In this document: piece by piece, positions 29,850-38,676 of the stretch
How the letters are laid out: every line of letters begins with the position of its first letter
How positions within the stretch are numbered: position 1 is the first letter of the stretch
Source of the DNA: an uncultured delta proteobacterium
GTDB lineage: Bacteria; Myxococcota; B64-G9
NCBI GenBank assembly: GCA_963754925.1
Contig: CAVWHX010000009.1
Coordinates: forward strand, 69,671-133,670
Direction of reading: 5' to 3'
DNA: 64,000 nucleotides
Notes under the pieces: model-generated
Seen by the model: only the letters and a program-made list of their open reading frames with translations
The model's database searches: none
Told to the model about the DNA's origin: nothing
Program-made: the position numbers and the translations under genes

Positions 29850-30638
29850 ATGCAGCTAACCCAAGAAGAACTCAGCGATCTTCAAACTGCTAAGCTGCAC
29901 CTTGAAAATCCAAACATCGCAATCAAGGTCACCAATGTAGTAGGAATACCCATCGAGAAAGGTTTAGAGCTCTTACCCAACAAATGGTCGGAAGTAATCG
30001 GCGATGCAACTCGAAAAGCACTCGGGATAGCTCTTGATGGCGCATTAAGAACGCTAGACAAGGCTGTTCAATTGCCTTCTCAGGATATGTGGCACAAGGT
30101 TGCGGTCACCGCGACAGGAGCTGGAGCTGGATGGTTCGGTCTCCCGGCACTCATTGTAGAACTACCAATTTCCACCACCATAATGCTGCGGTCGATTGCT
30201 GACATCGCCCGTAGTGAAGGAGAGAATCTGCACGTACCGATTGCACAGCTTGCCTGTATAGAAGTATTTGCTTTGGGAGGAAGAACATCCAAGGACGATG
30301 CCGCTGAATCTGGTTACTTTGCCATTCGTGCAGGTCTCGCCAAGGCCGTCTCTGAGGCGGCTGAGTTCATTGCAGAAAGGGGATTTGCAAAAGAAGGGGC
30401 GCCGGCGATCGTTCGTTTGATTTCCCAAATAGCCGAGCGCTTCAGCATTAATGTGTCCGAAAAAGCAGCGGCTCAAGCAATTCCAGCCATTGGCGCAGCT
30501 GGCGGCGCTCTAATCAACTTAATCTTCATGGACCATTTTCAAAACATGGCTCGGGGACATTTTACGGTTCGAAGGCTTGAGAGAAAATATGGGGCTGATG
30601 CGGTCAAGACCGCTTACCTCAAACTTCCAAACAAATAA
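29850..30638 (+). CDS. EcsC-family protein
   Basis: 262 aa. VTATGAGAGWFGLPALIVELP and IGAAGGALINLIFMDHF segments resemble the EcsC family. Assigned from memory of the family consensus. Confidence 0.5.
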   Translation: MQLTQEELSDLQTAKLHLENPNIAIKVTNVVGIPIEKGLELLPNKWSEVIGDATRKALGIALDGALRTLDKAVQLPSQDMWHKVAVTATGAGAGWFGLPALIVELPISTTIMLRSIADIARSEGENLHVPIAQLACIEVFALGGRTSKDDAAESGYFAIRAGLAKAVSEAAEFIAERGFAKEGAPAIVRLISQIAERFSINVSEKAAAQAIPAIGAAGGALINLIFMDHFQNMARGHFTVRRLERKYGADAVKTAYLKLPNK

Positions 30639-31034
30639 CTATTGGCCGCCCAACCAGCGACTCAACCGCAGCCAAATCGGGCTACCCTCTTAGATACCTA
30701 TTTTCTTACAATGGGTTGCCGATCGGCTGGAACCTCCCCAGGAGTCCTCTGACTCCCGTAGAACCTGACAAATATGATTTACAGAAAGGCGAAAAAATTG
30801 GTTGAAAAGAATCGCAAGAGATTATGTACTGTCGCCACATAGGATTCACGAAAAACAAGTGGGCAATAGTCTATGGATCGACTGGAAACATACGACTTGT
30901 CGTTGCAAGGTGCTATGAGGGTATAACTAACATTATGGAGCTATACAGAAACTATAGAATAACTTGTTAGGCTTTCAATCTCGCTGGAGCACTCAAAGCC
31001 CGAAGGGTATTGAGAACAAAAAAGGAGAAATACC

Positions 31035-32966
31035 ATGATGACAGAAATGATAGGATGGGTTGTCTTAAGTCTAGTCGTTTTTATTGTTCTGGTGGTTATC
31101 CTTAAAGGTTTTTGTTTGATTGGTCCCAATCAAGTCGGCATCCTTACTAAAAACATGTTTGGCAAAAAAATGCCTGAAGGACAAATAATCGCGCGCCACG
31201 GGGAAATAGGGGTTCAGGCCAGGACGTTGATGCCAGGGCTCTATTGGAGGATGCCTATAATTTGGTCATTTACAAAAATTCCGGTAGTGACGGTAGATAT
31301 TGCTAGTATCGGCATCATCGAATCTATTGACGGCGAACCACTACCTAAAGGTAGAGTGTTAGCTGACGAAGTCGAGTGTAATCAATTTCAAGATGCAGAG
31401 ATGTTCTTAGCCAACCATGGAAAGAAGGGACCACAGGTTGGAATTCTACGTCCCGGCACCTACCGGATCAATTCCAGACTGTTCTATATTACCAAAGCTC
31501 CCGCGGTAAAAATAGCTGAGAATACCATTGGTATCGCTGTTGCCAGAGATGGTATTCCTTTACCTACTGGCTATGTCATCGCCCCGAAGGCTTTAAATGA
31601 TGACGGTACCGAAGTAGACCACAAAGCTTATCAAAATGGGCAGCTCTTTATCGATAGCAAAGGATACCGGGGACCGCAGTTGGATACCCTGCAGCCGGGA
31701 ATATATTACATCAATCCGAACTTATTTGATATTAAACTTGAATATGTCGCCGAGGTCCTTCCGGGATATGTGGCGGTCATCAGGTCCAACGTGGGGCTGG
31801 AGTTGGAAAGGACGTCCGAAGGGCCCGATCGAACTACCGGTGAAGGAAAACTCTGTGGTCCGATCCATGAAGATGTTGAGAAGATACTGATAACCAACAA
31901 ATATACTCGCGGCATTTGGCGAGAGCCGATAGCACCGGGGAAATACAATCTCAACGCGATTGCCTTCACCGCCTATCAAGTGCCTACTTCCGCCGTCACC
32001 ATCGATTGGGCAAGCGAGGGAAGAATCGGGACAGAGGTAAAGGGAGTTAAACCGACGGAGGCTAAGGCTGCGGGGGTTCTGTACAGTTTTGATCCCTTGA
32101 AGGTGACTTCTAAAGATGGCTTTCAACTGGAAGTCAATGTTCGAATGGTGATTCGAATTCAACCGGGCAATGCGGCCTACATCATAGCGAGATTCGGGTC
32201 GGTGGCCAATCTGATTGATCAAATCGTGCATCCGCTGATTGATTCATCTTTCAGGAATAAAGCCGGAGAGAAGAAAGCGATTGACTTTTTCCAAAGCCGG
32301 ACGGACTTACAGACCGAAGCGCTGGCACATGCCAAAGAAAGATTTTCTGAGTACAACGTAGAGGCCCAAAACTTACTCATTGCTTATATCGATATACCTA
32401 AAGATTTGCTGGATACTCAAACCAAGAAGGAGATTGCCAATCAGCAGCAAGCCCAGTACGACCAGGAGGCGCTAGCTCAAGAAAAACGCATTGCGGTCAT
32501 GGAGAAATCGTCCCGGGCGGATAAACAGAAAGATGTTATTGATGCCAAATTATCTATAGACATCAATAACGATATGGCTGAGGCCAGAGTTAAGGAAGCT
32601 GACGGGAACAGGCGCTCGGTGATTCTCCAAGCTCAAGGAACTAAAGAATCCACCATACTGATGGCTCAAGGGACAAAAGAATCTACCATACTGGTGGCTG
32701 ACGGCAATTCTTATAAAAGCAAGATTGAGGGTGACGGTGTTGCCGCTGCCTATAATGCCCAAAAAGAGGCCATTGGTCAGCAGAATGTAGCGGTAATCAA
32801 ACTCATTCAGGAGATAGCGGCTGGTAAGATTCAGATTGTACCCCAGGTTCTGGTTGGGGGCGGAGAGGGCTCAGCCAGCGGCAACCTATTCAATGCATGG
32901 TTATCTCAAATGATTTTTCAAAACGCACCGAAAAATGAGGGAAAACAAATAGAGGCGACTGAATAA
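31035..32966 (+). CDS. SPFH/band-7 domain protein, flotillin-like (643 aa) with N-terminal TM anchor
   Basis: N-terminal TM, SPFH domain, long coiled-coil C-terminus with a 2x33-bp in-frame tandem duplication (AQGTKESTIL twice). Confidence 0.8.
   Translation: MMTEMIGWVVLSLVVFIVLVVILKGFCLIGPNQVGILTKNMFGKKMPEGQIIARHGEIGVQARTLMPGLYWRMPIIWSFTKIPVVTVDIASIGIIESIDGEPLPKGRVLADEVECNQFQDAEMFLANHGKKGPQVGILRPGTYRINSRLFYITKAPAVKIAENTIGIAVARDGIPLPTGYVIAPKALNDDGTEVDHKAYQNGQLFIDSKGYRGPQLDTLQPGIYYINPNLFDIKLEYVAEVLPGYVAVIRSNVGLELERTSEGPDRTTGEGKLCGPIHEDVEKILITNKYTRGIWREPIAPGKYNLNAIAFTAYQVPTSAVTIDWASEGRIGTEVKGVKPTEAKAAGVLYSFDPLKVTSKDGFQLEVNVRMVIRIQPGNAAYIIARFGSVANLIDQIVHPLIDSSFRNKAGEKKAIDFFQSRTDLQTEALAHAKERFSEYNVEAQNLLIAYIDIPKDLLDTQTKKEIANQQQAQYDQEALAQEKRIAVMEKSSRADKQKDVIDAKLSIDINNDMAEARVKEADGNRRSVILQAQGTKESTILMAQGTKESTILVADGNSYKSKIEGDGVAAAYNAQKEAIGQQNVAVIKLIQEIAAGKIQIVPQVLVGGGEGSASGNLFNAWLSQMIFQNAPKNEGKQIEATE
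32631..32696 (+). repeat. 2 x 33-bp in-frame tandem duplication inside the flotillin-like gene
   Basis: gctcaaggaactaaagaatccaccatactgatg / gctcaagggacaaaagaatctaccatactggtg. Copies differ only at synonymous positions. Confidence 0.6.
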
Positions 32967-32975
32967 TCTGAGCGG

Positions 32976-35378
32976 CTACTGCGTAAACAGTGGGAAGTCT
33001 CGGTATACAAAATCGTCGAACACATCAGTCATGCTTAAGAAATTGGCGTCCTTCACGGGCGCATTATCCGCACCCACTGATATGTTGCCCGATTCTCCCA
33101 GGGGGAACATGCTTTGAATCCCGAGGGGACCCGAACTGCCGAATTCGACGATGTGCGCGTAGGTGGAACGCGATGAGAAGGGTATTTCCCATACATTTCC
33201 CAGCAGGGGGTGGCTAAACGTGATAACTCCCCGCGCATTGGCGCCCCAGGGCTGGGCTCCCAGGGTGGCAAGGACATTGTCCAGCGCCTTTACGATGATA
33301 GCGTTGGCGGTCTGAGGCGCCGTAGGATCCGATGTATTCTGGAACCAGTTGTAGTAGTTGGTCAGACCTCCTGATCTGATGCCGTGGAGGAGTACATTGA
33401 AGAGCACCAGGTCGTCTATTGCCGTTGGAAAAGCGTTAAGCTCCTCGAACGTGAGGGTTATAACCTCTTTGATCCAGGCGTCCATAAGCTCCCATGCATC
33501 GGCGCGGTTCGTTCCGGTAGGCCAGGCTGCGACTCCCCCGTCAACGAAATGTCCGTCCCACGCAGCCAGAAGGTCAAGGGCCGCTGAACGAGCGGCAACG
33601 GGTGCATCCGGAGCAGCGTTTACCGCGGCGATGAAATAATCAGACACAAACTTCCAGGGATTCCCCCCGTTGCCGATGGAGTCGGTGGTGGCGATGTTGA
33701 GCGCAAGGTCTCTGATTTGATCAAAGGTCAGATTGTTATTGGCGGAAAGGTAGTCGTTTATTACATGGGCCCGGTGGAACGGGCCGAAGGAGTATGCGCT
33801 ATTATTCCATGAATTGGTGTAGCCTGCATTCGTCTTGTTGTTCCAGCCGCAGTAGTATCCCTGGCTGGTATTGCGATCGGTTGAACGGGGTATAAGGTTT
33901 GCCGCGTCCCATTCAAGGGGTGTCCCCGCGGCGCCCTGCGGCAACCGCCATTCGCCGTACGGACGGACGGGGTCCCTTCCCGACATCCAGTACGCAATAT
34001 TTCCATCGTTGTCGGCGTATGTAAAATGCATGGATACCGGCACGAGTTCTATGGCCGCCCCGAATTGGTCCATGCTTTCCGCCCGGGCGAGGCCAAGATA
34101 CGCCTTAAGAACATTAAATTCATACCCCCACTGGGAATACTTCCAAGAAATGACGGGGTTCGTATTAATAACGGGTCCATGAGCAGTCCGGTATATGGGC
34201 AGAACCACATCGGCGGCGCCTTGCACCTTGATGGTCTCCGTCCGGTTAAGGACCATAGCATCTGCGGATTCCAGGTAATAATCCACGGTATGGGCATGAC
34301 CCACTTGCATGGACCAGGCATGGTGGGGCGTACGCCCGATAACGATGCAGGGTAGACCCGCGATAATCATACCGGAGACATTCAAACCGCCGGCCCGCAG
34401 GGAGCCCTCACCGATGACCGAGGGCACGCTGAATCCCATCTGCGGACCGGAGTAGAGTATAGGATTACCGGTGGCCGTTTTGCTCCCCTTTATCGCCCAG
34501 GCATAACTGCCCATCTTTACGTAGGCGTTTATCTTTTTCAGACTCTGGTCGATCCGCGACTGCCTCTCGGCCATGCGTTGGGCGACCTGCCGCAAATCGG
34601 GGAACGAAGGATGATTTTTCATCAGCGGGGATCGCGTTGCCGCGGTTGATTTTTGAGCGGCCAAAACTTTGAGAGGTTTGGGTATGTAGGTCAGCGCGTC
34701 GGGATCGTTGATCCATCGTAAATCCTCAAACATACTCGTTCCCTGCTCGGCTCCATAGGCGGCCACAAGCCCCTGGTACAATGCCGCGTTATCGATCTGT
34801 CCCTGACTCTGCGCTTCGGGATCGAACCTTCTCATCATCGCCGCACCCCATGCAAATACATCCTTATACGTCCAGTCCTCAAGCGTCGTACTCGTAATGC
34901 CAACTGCGGAAAATTCATAGGGAAGCAGAGAAGAATCCTTGCGAATCTCGGCTATGCGTCTGTTGAAGCCCGCCACATACCCGTTGACCACGTCCTGGGA
35001 CTCCTTATCCAAGGAATCGTAACCGTTTTGCAATTCCTGATCGGAATAGCCGGTCGTACGTGCTAATTCATCCTGGTCTAGCAGAAAGGCGCCGAATATC
35101 TCGGCCAGCCTTCCCCGGGCGGACCGTCTGAAGGTCTCCGCCTGCCAAAGACGGTCGGTGGCGACGGCATAGCCCATTGCTTCAAATACATCATATAATT
35201 TGTCCTGCTCCGAACCGGTAATGAACCACACGCCTTTATCGTCACGAGCGGTTTTTACCGTGGAGGTTCTCCCGCTGGAACATTCGGACATAAGGATGGC
35301 GCTAGAGAATAGAAGAATGGTCAATGTCAGCCAGCGGGAATATAACGGTTTCAACGCATAAGATTTACTAATTCGCAT
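32976..35378 (-). CDS. penicillin acylase family (Ntn-hydrolase S45) protein, possibly an acyl-homoserine-lactone acylase
   Basis: 800 aa with signal peptide. Alpha-subunit motif DRLWQAETFRR, nucleophile region GSYAWAIKGSKTATGNPIL. Confidence 0.85.
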   Translation of the reverse strand: MRISKSYALKPLYSRWLTLTILLFSSAILMSECSSGRTSTVKTARDDKGVWFITGSEQDKLYDVFEAMGYAVATDRLWQAETFRRSARGRLAEIFGAFLLDQDELARTTGYSDQELQNGYDSLDKESQDVVNGYVAGFNRRIAEIRKDSSLLPYEFSAVGITSTTLEDWTYKDVFAWGAAMMRRFDPEAQSQGQIDNAALYQGLVAAYGAEQGTSMFEDLRWINDPDALTYIPKPLKVLAAQKSTAATRSPLMKNHPSFPDLRQVAQRMAERQSRIDQSLKKINAYVKMGSYAWAIKGSKTATGNPILYSGPQMGFSVPSVIGEGSLRAGGLNVSGMIIAGLPCIVIGRTPHHAWSMQVGHAHTVDYYLESADAMVLNRTETIKVQGAADVVLPIYRTAHGPVINTNPVISWKYSQWGYEFNVLKAYLGLARAESMDQFGAAIELVPVSMHFTYADNDGNIAYWMSGRDPVRPYGEWRLPQGAAGTPLEWDAANLIPRSTDRNTSQGYYCGWNNKTNAGYTNSWNNSAYSFGPFHRAHVINDYLSANNNLTFDQIRDLALNIATTDSIGNGGNPWKFVSDYFIAAVNAAPDAPVAARSAALDLLAAWDGHFVDGGVAAWPTGTNRADAWELMDAWIKEVITLTFEELNAFPTAIDDLVLFNVLLHGIRSGGLTNYYNWFQNTSDPTAPQTANAIIVKALDNVLATLGAQPWGANARGVITFSHPLLGNVWEIPFSSRSTYAHIVEFGSSGPLGIQSMFPLGESGNISVGADNAPVKDANFLSMTDVFDDFVYRDFPLFTQ

Positions 35379-35557
35379 CTTGGTTTCCCTCCTTAATGAA
35401 TGATAAGCTTTGGTTAAGGTGGAAAATTTACACCATACGCTTTCTTGGTAAGAGCTTGTTCACTAATGCCATAAAAAACGTCTAAAAGACATTGATTTCG
35501 TGTCTTCGCGTTGTTGCACCGGCATGATGAATCACGGTCGAACCTGCATGATTCTTC

Positions 35558-35824
35558 GGTAGTGGGTCAGTTTGCAAAAGGCTTACGGGTGTTCGGCAGG
35601 CGACCGTCTATCCCACAAGGGGACAAGAGCTTGTAAGCCTCACTTTGTTCGGCAACAAGCTCTAGCACCCAGGCTGCACTTGCACACTGAATTTTTCAAT
35701 TTTGAGCGGTTAATTAGAGACTGTTAGCGAACGAAGTGAGCGTTACAGTCTCTTATCCTTTAGGGTATGTTTCGGTCGCGTGTCGTTCGACGAATACCCG
35801 TAAGCCTCTAACTGACCCACTACC
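35558..35824. mobile_element. MITE-like 267-bp element, copy 2 (8-bp flanks GATTCTTC / GGTTCTTC)
   Basis: Same length and about 95% identity to copy 1. Terminal arms differ from copy 1 but remain self-complementary. Lies in the divergent region between the acylase and plsC-like genes. Confidence 0.6.
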
Positions 35825-35885
35825 GGTTCTTCGATGTCATTGCATTAGTATTAGCTTCGAAATAAGATAGTTACCGGAGATTGCT

Positions 35886-36623
35886 TTGAAAAAAATATTG
35901 GTATTGCTCTATCAGCCATATAAGTACCTTGTCTATATTCCTTTTCTGGTTTGTTCCACGTTGATATTCGGCGCAATCGCGACAATATTAGCCACTTTTG
36001 TAAATCAGAAGATCGGAAGCTTTATCGGAGGTGCTGTATGGTCGCGGCTGAACGGTTATATGACCCCCATTTTTGTAAAGGTCATTGGAAAAGAAAATAT
36101 CGATAAGAGGCAATCCTACGTTATTGTATCAAACCACCAGAGCCATTTTGATATCTTTGTTTTGTATGGCTGGATCGGCGTTGATTTCAAGTGGGTGCTC
36201 AAACAGGAGCTTCGAAAAATTCCGGGCTTAGGGATCGGATGCGAGAAGGTAGGGCATATATTCATCGACCGGTCGAACCATGAAAAAGCCATTGCATCCA
36301 TCAATGCGGCGAAGCAGAAGATCGTAAACGGCACCTCGGTACTTTTTTTTCCTGAAGGAACTAGATCGAAATCCGGGAGGTTGGGGGAGTTTAAGAAGGG
36401 CGCGTTTATTTTTGCAATTGATATCGGTGTGCCGATCCTGCCGGTAACGGTGATAAATACCGGCAGGATACTGCCGCCCCATACCTTGAACCTTTTACCG
36501 GGCAGGGCAAAGCTCATAATTCATAAAAAGATGGATGTAACTGGCTACCGTGCCGAAAACATAAACGAGTTTTTGAGCAAGGCCAGGGAGACCATTCAGT
36601 CGGGGCTGGACCGCTACTCCTGA
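35886..36623 (+). CDS. 1-acyl-sn-glycerol-3-phosphate acyltransferase (PlsC family)
   Basis: NHQSHFD (HX4D) and FPEGTRS motifs. TTG start preceded by GGAG. Confidence 0.85.
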   Translation: MKKILVLLYQPYKYLVYIPFLVCSTLIFGAIATILATFVNQKIGSFIGGAVWSRLNGYMTPIFVKVIGKENIDKRQSYVIVSNHQSHFDIFVLYGWIGVDFKWVLKQELRKIPGLGIGCEKVGHIFIDRSNHEKAIASINAAKQKIVNGTSVLFFPEGTRSKSGRLGEFKKGAFIFAIDIGVPILPVTVINTGRILPPHTLNLLPGRAKLIIHKKMDVTGYRAENINEFLSKARETIQSGLDRYS

Positions 36624-36658
36624 TGGGGGTATTTGGAAGGAATAGTCGGCCAGAGATA

Positions 36659-37021
36659 CTACTTTTCCGACGATTCGAACACGCCGATCACGCCGCCGGT
36701 GGGGTCGGCTAGCACGGCGAAGGCGCCCATCTCCGGAATCGGCGTCTTGTCCATAAGGATCTTTCCGCCGAGTTTGCGAGCTTTAGAGACGGTCTCTTCG
36801 ACGCTGTCCACCATTACGTACGTGAGCCATGCCGTTGGCATTTTCGGATTCGGTTTCTTCATGAGCCCGCCGCCCGGATCCTCACCTGTTTTGATCATGG
36901 TGTAGGCGCCCTCGGGCATGGGCAGGTCCTCAAAGGTCCAACTGAAGAGCTTGCCGTAAAAGGCCTTGGCTTTCGCAGGGTCATCTGTACTGAGCTCTAC
37001 ATGACAGAATGTATTTTTCAT
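36659..37021 (-). CDS. VOC/glyoxalase-bleomycin-resistance-fold protein
   Basis: Short beta-alpha-beta-beta-beta modules (FCHVELSTDDPAKAKAFYGKLFSW). Start placed at MKNTF. Confidence 0.55.
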   Translation of the reverse strand: MKNTFCHVELSTDDPAKAKAFYGKLFSWTFEDLPMPEGAYTMIKTGEDPGGGLMKKPNPKMPTAWLTYVMVDSVEETVSKARKLGGKILMDKTPIPEMGAFAVLADPTGGVIGVFESSEK

Positions 37022-37170
37022 TTTCTTGCTCCTTCGTCGCAAAGGGGACACGAGATCCCCGCACTGGTTTGAAATAGGAACGTATGTACGAACTCGGAAC
37101 GTGTCAACGCGCTGGAGAAAACCAACATGAGAATTCTATGAGGGCTCCGTCATGAGGGAGAATTGGATTT

Positions 37171-38217
37171 TCAAAGAAATAGAATCTCTCCCGGCTGAAT
37201 TATTTTGAGCTCCGCATCAAGCATTTTGGTTGAAGATAGTTCCTTGATACGCCGGAGTGGTTCGCCCGGCGGTTCGTCCGAAAGGTCAAAGGTGCCGTAG
37301 TGCATGGGAATAAAAACCTTGGCCTTGAGGTCATTGCTGGCTTTGGCAGCGTCGTCCGGCGACATATGGTTTTGCTTCATGATGTAATCGGGTTTGTAGG
37401 CGCCGATCGGCAGCAGCGCGATGTCTATGTTTGGGAAAAGCTTGGCTATCTGCGCAAAATGTGTCCCGTATGCCGAATCGCCGGCAAAATAAATGGTGCT
37501 GTTTTTGCCTTTGATAATGTAGCTGCCCCAAAGCACATGGTTTCTGTCATTGAGAGAACGCGCCGACCAGTGCCGCGCCGGAAGGAAATAAACCTCCGGG
37601 CCGTCGGTATGGTATTTTTGAAACCACCCGGCCTCTTCAACGGTTAGCGACGGATTGAAACCTCTCACGAGCCCACCCATGCGCAGCGGCAGCAGCGCCT
37701 TTGTCCCGGACAACTTGCTGTTTCTGATAGTGTATTTGTCGAGATGGTCGAAGTGCGTGTGCGATACCAGAAGATAATCAATCCCTTTTATATCTGTTAC
37801 CTCAATCGCCCTATCGCATTTCCTCGTATTAAAAGTGGTATCGCCGACCACGGGGTCCAGCAGCAGGGTTTTTCCATCTATCCGTATAAGAAACGATGAC
37901 TGGCCAAGCCAGACGATCATGTCTTCCTTCATGCCGAATATTTGCGGTGCTCGGAGAACGGTGAGCCGGTAAGGATCGTTCTTCTTTTCCTCAGACTGCG
38001 GATTTGAAGAAAAAAGCCTCCATTGTATGACTCGTGCGAATGAAAGGTCCATCTCGTAGTCGGGATCGCGGAACACGTTACCGTCACGGATATTCCCCGG
38101 ATAACCTTCAAGAACCACCGGAAGCTTTTCATTCCCGACATAGGTGACTGCAGCTTTTCTTTCAGACATGGTCGCACACGCCATAATTGCGGTTGATAAA
38201 ATAATGATGAGCCATTT
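37171..38217 (-). CDS. MBL-fold metallo-hydrolase, secreted
   Basis: HTHFDH (HxHxDH) motif. Start likely TTG about 38215 (KWLIIILSTAIMACA signal peptide). The ORF-track start at 38475 overlaps the neighbouring gene. Confidence 0.65.
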   Translation of the reverse strand, partial: KWLIIILSTAIMACATMSERKAAVTYVGNEKLPVVLEGYPGNIRDGNVFRDPDYEMDLSFARVIQWRLFSSNPQSEEKKNDPYRLTVLRAPQIFGMKEDMIVWLGQSSFLIRIDGKTLLLDPVVGDTTFNTRKCDRAIEVTDIKGIDYLLVSHTHFDHLDKYTIRNSKLSGTKALLPLRMGGLVRGFNPSLTVEEAGWFQKYHTDGPEVYFLPARHWSARSLNDRNHVLWGSYIIKGKNSTIYFAGDSAYGTHFAQIAKLFPNIDIALLPIGAYKPDYIMKQNHMSPDDAAKASNDLKAKVFIPMHYGTFDLSDEPPGEPLRRIKELSSTKMLDAELKIIQPGEILFL

Positions 38218-38242
38218 CAAGGCAAACCCCGTGGGTGGTCGA

Positions 38243-38603
38243 TTAGCTCCGTCGCAATTCGTTTCCGACGGAGAACGCGTCGCCAAGTTTGTCGCCGATA
38301 GAATAATACGCCATACTACCGAATGAACCAAACAGCATTGGTCGCACCTTCTCGATGTCTGGAATTTGATTGGGATTGAGAACCTCGCTATCGGCGACCA
38401 TTCCGACAATTTCCCCAATGAACATGGTATGCAGGCCGAGATCGACCTGCTTGACCAGATTGCATTCAAGCGCATAGGGAAATTCTTTTAATTCCTCCCC
38501 AGGCGGCATTCATGATATTGGGCCTGCCATCGGAGCCATACGTTCCTATGATGAGCACCGGAGAGGGGAGCAATATCGTTTGTGGTTGAAGGACGAGTTT
38601 CAT
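38243..38603 (-). CDS. flavin-reductase-like (FMN-binding split barrel) protein, 1-bp frameshift near 38497
   Basis: N-terminal part MKLVLQPQTILLPSPVLIIGTYGSDGRPNIMNAAWGG. C-terminal part (other frame) …FPYALECNLVKQVDLGLHTMFIGEIVGMVAD…. One extra G in the GGGG run would join them. Confidence 0.5.
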
Positions 38604-38676
38604 ACGTATCTCCTGGTATCGTGGTCGGCTATCGCGAAGGCCTAGGTACCGGTTTTTTGCATCGCCAGGGCGGATC

